Source of the DNA: Bacillota bacterium
Lineage (GTDB): Bacteria; Bacillota; DTU025
Assembly: GCA_050951805.1 (NCBI GenBank)
Contig: JBMNJT010000004.1
Coordinates: 64,001-128,000, forward strand
Direction: 5' to 3'
DNA length: 64,000 nt
Part shown: positions 59,535 to 64,000 of the stretch, piece by piece
Position numbering within the stretch: position 1 is the first letter of the stretch
Layout: every line of letters begins with the position of its first letter
Program-made: the position numbers and the translations under genes
The notes under the pieces: model-generated
Told to the model about the DNA's origin: nothing
The model's input: only the letters and a program-made list of their open reading frames with translations
Database searches by the model: none

Positions 59535-59594
59535 AAGTAAGGCATGACTAACTTGCCCTGATAAGAATCTATGCCATTTTTCAGGAGATGTCAA
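59535..59594 (-). promoter_or_regulatory. Promoter and operator of the dtxR-feoA-feoB operon
   Basis: Minus-strand TTGACA-17 bp-TAGATT followed by the palindrome AAGTAAG-GCATGA-CTAACTT (59535-59554). Confidence 0.65.
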
Positions 59595-60034
59595 GAGCTT
59601 TCTGACGCGTATTGACATGTACGTGCCGTAGCGGGAAAATAATTATGGACATATGACCAATATGCAACGATATAATCTACCCGTCTCGACTGGCCTTTAT
59701 CAACTCTATCCAGGTGCGATACGTCCTGGGACGGGAAGGCAGTTTGAAGGACTCATGTGCGTTCAGTGCAGGTTAGCCATAGTCAATTGCGTGCTCAGGG
59801 GATGGGTGTAGATGGGATGAGAGGGCACCTGGTTGTCTCTTTGCAAGTTGCAGTTGAGCCTGGGGCTTTCCTTTGTAGCCTTAAAACATCGCCTTGGGCG
59901 ACTATATCGCACGCGGGCCCTAACCCTAAGGAACGTGAATTTCAGGATCCCGCAATATTCGATTGTAAGCGGCTCAGATTGCTGTTGCGCCGATTGAAGA
60001 AAACTTGAAAGATCTCTGACTAGGAGCTGATATT

Positions 60035-60523
60035 ATGCCGAGGCCTCCAAAATGCAGAAGAGTCGAGTTCATGCCCGAAGTGACTGTCTTCAAGCCTGCT
60101 GGCGTTCGATTGGCGGAGATGGAAGAGGAGATCCTCCTCCTGGAAGAACTGGAGGCTCTGCGCCTCAAGGATGTTGAAGGGCTAGAGCAAGAGGAGTGCG
60201 CCGATAGGATGCAAGTGTCCCGGCCTACATTCCAGAGGGTGCTCTCTTCAGCCAGGGAGAAGGTGGCCCGGGCGCTGGTCGAAGGTAAGGCTATCCGGAT
60301 CGAAGGCGGAACCTACCGTCTTGCTGCGCGGAAGCTGCGGTGCGAGGATTGCAGTTATGAGTTCGAGGCACCCGTTGCCATGTATCGCCAAGGCGCCGGA
60401 GCGGCTTGCCCTAGGTGCGGTGCGCGTCATGGGCGACGTAACGACGGGGACCAGACAGCAGGCGGCATGATGCACCACGGGCGCTGTGGCAGGGGGTGGA
60501 GGAATACCGAAGGCGACGAATAG
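60035..60523 (+). CDS. DUF134 (UPF0251) HTH protein with CxxC..CxxC tail
   Basis: MPRPPKCRRV, EELEALRLKD, MQVSRPTFQR, IRIEGG. Confidence 0.93.
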   Translation: MPRPPKCRRVEFMPEVTVFKPAGVRLAEMEEEILLLEELEALRLKDVEGLEQEECADRMQVSRPTFQRVLSSAREKVARALVEGKAIRIEGGTYRLAARKLRCEDCSYEFEAPVAMYRQGAGAACPRCGARHGRRNDGDQTAGGMMHHGRCGRGWRNTEGDE

Positions 60524-60646
60524 AGGTTAAAGCTTCAAGGTGCATCCAAAGCGGCCACATGCCAGGCAACTGACCTTTACACCTTGCCAAAAACCTTTGC
60601 TTGTTTCGCCGGGGCCAAATGAGGCAACCAGAGTATACGGGGGGCG

Positions 60647-61621
60647 TTGAGTTTGAAATACATCTTTGGTCCAGTTCCCTCAAGACGGCTGTGCCGTTCG
60701 TTGGGGGTCGACTTGATTCCGTACAAGCATTGTTCCTTCGACTGCATCTATTGCCAGCTCGGCGCGACCGTCCACAAGAGGGCGGAGCGCCAGCAATTCG
60801 TCGAGACAGGCGAGGTCATCGCCGAGCTCGAGTCGGCTTTGCCCTGTGTGGAAGCCGACTACGTCACTTTGTCGGGGTCGGGCGAACCCACCCTATGCTT
60901 GGGGATAGGGGAGCTGATCGAGGGGATAAAGGAATTGACAGAGATTCCTGTGGCGGTTCTGACCAATAGCTCGCTCATGTCATGTGCTGAGGTCCGAAAA
61001 GAGCTCCTTGGCGCGGACCTTGTGATTCCTTCTGTTGATGCCGCAACGCAAGACGTTTTTGAAAGGATAAACCGCCCATGCTCCGGATTGAGAATCGAGG
61101 ACATCCTCTGCGGCTTGGAGGAGTTCTCGTATGAGTACTCGGGGAAGCTTTGGATAGAAGTGATGATGGTCAGGGACATAAACGACAGTGATGATGAAAT
61201 CGACAAGATAGCCTCTGCCCTAACACGCATAAGGTGTGAAAAGATCCAGCTCAATACGGTGGAAAGGCCTCCCGCCGAATCCTTTGCCCGCGCACTGACA
61301 CAGGGGGCGCTGGAAAAAGCGAGAAGACGGTTTGACGATCGGGCGGAGTTGATCGTGGCGTCCGGGATTTATCAGGACGCTGATGGGTCTTTTCATAGCC
61401 CAGCCGGGGCCGGGCTGGGGGCGCCCGGGATCGAAGCGGACTGTGGGCGGGTGCTTGAGCTCCTCAAGAGACGGCCGTGCACCGTCAGGGACATAGCCGA
61501 AGGGCTCGATCTCAACATCAATGAGGCCGCTAAGTTTGTGGGGATTCTCAAGGGAGAAGGACTTATCTGCGCCATCCGCCGAGAAGGACGGGCCTATTTC
61601 TTCGCCAACGATGGAAACTGA
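60647..61621 (+). CDS. Radical SAM protein
   Basis: FGPVPSRRL, CSFDCIYC, GSGEPTL. Confidence 0.92.
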   Translation: MSLKYIFGPVPSRRLCRSLGVDLIPYKHCSFDCIYCQLGATVHKRAERQQFVETGEVIAELESALPCVEADYVTLSGSGEPTLCLGIGELIEGIKELTEIPVAVLTNSSLMSCAEVRKELLGADLVIPSVDAATQDVFERINRPCSGLRIEDILCGLEEFSYEYSGKLWIEVMMVRDINDSDDEIDKIASALTRIRCEKIQLNTVERPPAESFARALTQGALEKARRRFDDRAELIVASGIYQDADGSFHSPAGAGLGAPGIEADCGRVLELLKRRPCTVRDIAEGLDLNINEAAKFVGILKGEGLICAIRREGRAYFFANDGN

Positions 61622-61650
61622 ACCATTGCGGGCACATTTCTGCGCTCAGA

Positions 61651-61705
61651 TTATTGACATATGCTCATAACCACGGGTATACTGATAATGAACATATGCC
61701 CATAA
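61651..61705 (+). promoter_or_regulatory. Promoter with two CATATG-centred palindromes
   Basis: TTGACA(61654)-18 bp-TATACT overlapped by TTATTGACATATGCTCATAA and followed by TAATGAACATATGCCCATAA. Confidence 0.7.
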
Positions 61706-61833
61706 CCCTACAACAGCAATTGATGGCGTCAAGCCAAGCACGTATTCAATCCAACCGGAGGATGGGCATATGAAAAAGCCGTGGAGGTAGTCGTTCGATC
61801 AAACCCCAAGGCTTTGGAGAGGAGGTGCTTTAC

Positions 61834-62244
61834 ATGCCGAGAGGAGATGGAAGAGGACCAACTGGTTTCGGTCCTATGACAGGCAGGGGCGCAGGCTTCT
61901 GCACCGGATATGATGTTCCTGGATATGCTAATCCCGCAATGGGCAGGGGGCCGGGATTTGGACGCGCTCCGCGCTGTTATGGGGGAGGCGGATTCGGACG
62001 AGGGTACAGAAGGATGTACTACGCGACGGGACTGCCGAGATGGATGCGTTCTGGAGCAGGGGCATGGGGTCAGGCCGCGTACGGGCCTGCTTACAGCCCT
62101 TACGCCCAAGAGGCCATGAGGCCGTCGAAAGAACAGGAGATAGGCTATCTAAAACGACAGTCAGAGTTTCTCATGGAGGAGCTCGAGGCCGTCCGGGGGC
62201 GTCTGAGCGAGCTTTCTGGTTCCCAAGAGTACGATGAAGGCTAG
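61834..62244 (+). CDS. DUF5320 family protein
   Basis: MPRGDGRGPTGFGPMTGRGAGFC, YYATGLPRW, coiled-coil end. Confidence 0.88.
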   Translation: MPRGDGRGPTGFGPMTGRGAGFCTGYDVPGYANPAMGRGPGFGRAPRCYGGGGFGRGYRRMYYATGLPRWMRSGAGAWGQAAYGPAYSPYAQEAMRPSKEQEIGYLKRQSEFLMEELEAVRGRLSELSGSQEYDEG

Positions 62245-62368
62245 TCCTTCGAGGCGAAGGGGTGAGAGAGGTCGGATTTGAGCGTCCTTCGGCTCCTTCG
62301 CCGGCCAGCAATCGACCTGTACCGAGGATAGTGGACAAAGTTGCCGGAGGTTAAGGGGAGATGGTAGT

Positions 62369-62755
62369 TTGAAGCTAGCAGTAACGGCGCAGGGAACCAG
62401 CCTCTCAGCCGGGTTGGACCCGCGTTTCGGCAGGTGCGAACATTTTGTGATCATAGACGTCGATACCGAGGAATTCGAAGCATTCTCCAACGAGAGCGTT
62501 ATGGCGTCAGGCGGAGCGGGAACTGAAAGCGCCCAGTTTCTTGCTGACAAGGGCGCAGAGGCGGTCGTTACCGGAAATGTTGGTCCCAATGCAGCGATGG
62601 CTCTGGAAGCCGCGGGCATAAAGGTCTACAGAATGTCTTCCGGGACAGTGAAGGACGCTTTGGAGGCTTTTAAGTCAGGGACGCTCGAGGCAATTTCCGG
62701 ACCTACAGTCAATTCCCATCATGGAATGGGCGGGCATGGCCGCGGGGGTCGCTAG
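62369..62755 (+). CDS. NifB/NifX family Fe-Mo cofactor-binding-like protein
   Basis: DPRFGRC, GGAG, TGNVGPNA. Confidence 0.9.
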   Translation: MKLAVTAQGTSLSAGLDPRFGRCEHFVIIDVDTEEFEAFSNESVMASGGAGTESAQFLADKGAEAVVTGNVGPNAAMALEAAGIKVYRMSSGTVKDALEAFKSGTLEAISGPTVNSHHGMGGHGRGGR

Positions 62756-62868
62756 GCTCAAGGGCTGGGCCAGCTGGCAAGTGGGGCAGACCCCGTCGGC
62801 GCAAACGGAGCTTCCCACGATAGGATCGAGCAGAATTGGTCTTTTCACATTTAAGGGGGTAACCATAG

Positions 62869-63276
62869 ATGAAGATTGCTGTGGCAACTGACGGTTCCAC
62901 CGTCTCGCCTCATTTCGGGCATTGCTCTGAATTCACCATAGTCACAGTGGAAAACGGCAAGGCCGTCGATTCGGCCATTCTTCCAAACCCCGAGCATCAA
63001 CCCGATTTTCTCCCTCAGTACCTTTCTGAACACGGAGTTTCATGCATCATCGCAGGCGGAATGGGTCCAAGGGCCCAGCAACACTTTGCTGCTAGGGGCA
63101 TTAAGACCGTGATAGGAGCGTCCGGGAGTGTGGACGATGTCGTCCACGCGTATCTTGCGGGATCTCTTGAGGTGGGCGAGAGCGCTTGCGATCACGGCCA
63201 CGGACATGAGCAGCACGGTGAATGCGGACACGGGGAAAACGGGGGAACCCATAGGCGCGGCTGCGGCCACAACTAG
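62869..63276 (+). CDS. NifB/NifX family protein with His/Cys-rich tail
   Basis: VSPHFGHC, IAGGMG, CDHGHGH. Confidence 0.9.
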   Translation: MKIAVATDGSTVSPHFGHCSEFTIVTVENGKAVDSAILPNPEHQPDFLPQYLSEHGVSCIIAGGMGPRAQQHFAARGIKTVIGASGSVDDVVHAYLAGSLEVGESACDHGHGHEQHGECGHGENGGTHRRGCGHN

Positions 63277-63373
63277 CGGGGGATTGGCGGGCAGGCCCGT
63301 TAGAGCCTGCCTGTTTTTGGAAGGACAAAATACGCGAAGTTGGGGCATGCACGATGAATGGTGGCGATGGAAT

Positions 63374-64000
63374 GTGATTGTTTCAATAGCGAGCGGCAAA
63401 GGAGGAACGGGCAAGACTACTGTCGCGGTCAACTTGGCGTTGGCCTTGGAGGGGGCTATGCCGATACGCTTTTTGGACTGCGATGTTGAGGAGCCCAATG
63501 CCCATCTTTTCCTCCATCCCGAAATCGAGCGCTCCGAAAAAGTAAGTTTGCCAGTTCCGGTTGTGGACGAGAGCAAGTGTAACGGATGCGGAAAATGCGC
63601 CCGGGTGTGCGCTTTCCATGCGATCCTTGCCTTCAGCTCCCGGACGATCGTCCTGCCCGAGCTCTGTCATGGATGCGGGGGGTGTGCGCTTCTTTGCCCG
63701 CAGGGGGCGATAACGGAGAGCCCGAAGGTGATCGGGGAAGTGGAGACGGGGCGCGCAGGAGATATCAGGTTTGCCCATGGACGGACAGGGATCGGAAGCC
63801 CTCTGGCACCGCCTGTGGTGAAAGCGGTGAGGGAGGCGTTGGACAAGGAAGGCCTAGGGGCCGGGTTGACGATCATAGACGCGCCCCCCGGGACGTCCTG
63901 TCCGGTTGTGGCTTCGATCAAGGGCAGCGATTACTGCGTGCTGGTGACGGAGCCTACGCCCTTCGGCCTCAACGATCTTGGGCTGGCCGTTGGACTGGTT
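63374..64000 (+). CDS. MinD-like P-loop ATPase with 4Fe-4S ferredoxin insert (partial)
   Basis: Hand translation SIASGKGGTGKTT, DCDVEEPN, CNGCGKCARVC, CHGCGGCALLCP, DAPPGTSCP; runs off the window end. Confidence 0.92.
   Translation, partial: MIVSIASGKGGTGKTTVAVNLALALEGAMPIRFLDCDVEEPNAHLFLHPEIERSEKVSLPVPVVDESKCNGCGKCARVCAFHAILAFSSRTIVLPELCHGCGGCALLCPQGAITESPKVIGEVETGRAGDIRFAHGRTGIGSPLAPPVVKAVREALDKEGLGAGLTIIDAPPGTSCPVVASIKGSDYCVLVTEPTPFGLNDLGLAVGLV

Noticed and set aside
62369-64000. Nitrogen fixation cluster
   Set aside because: Small NifB/NifX-like proteins and MinD-like ATPases occur widely without nitrogenase; no nifHDK in the window.

Overview
Replication-origin-proximal region of a moderately GC-rich Bacillota (Firmicutes) chromosome carrying sporulation-associated genes (yyaC, lonC, LysM-GH18). 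1-3.9 kb: a partial GHKL/HATPase gene, a dense DnaA-box cluster and nested IS remnants (IS630 inside a decayed IS5/IS1182-like element); dnaA itself is not in the window. 3.9-33 kb: conserved core genes (rpmH-rnpA-yidD-yidC-jag-mnmE-mnmG-rsmG-parA-parB, M23/bactofilin, yyaC, VanW, chromate transporter pair, archaeal-like glycogen synthase plus galT, mscS, ychF, rpsF-ssb-rpsR, rplI, lonC, dnaB) with parS sites. 34.5-39 kb: tRNA-Lys, then two copies of a hairpin-targeting IIC-like group II intron flanking an MNT-HEPN toxin-antitoxin pair and an orphan type I-C CRISPR mini-array. The array's single spacer translates to KPVEYKRGRP, the Cas4 nuclease motif, so it is probably an anti-cas spacer; its second repeat is split by the intron. 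This is the most striking observation. 39-64 kb: B3/B4 protein, spore hydrolase, a chaperone-usher-like pilus operon with a triply frameshifted usher-like gene, long-type pgi, a DtxR-feoA-feoB operon and a DUF134/radical SAM/NifB-NifX/4Fe-4S ATPase cluster with a candidate CATATG-centred operator. All calls come from reading motifs by eye; no database search was run.
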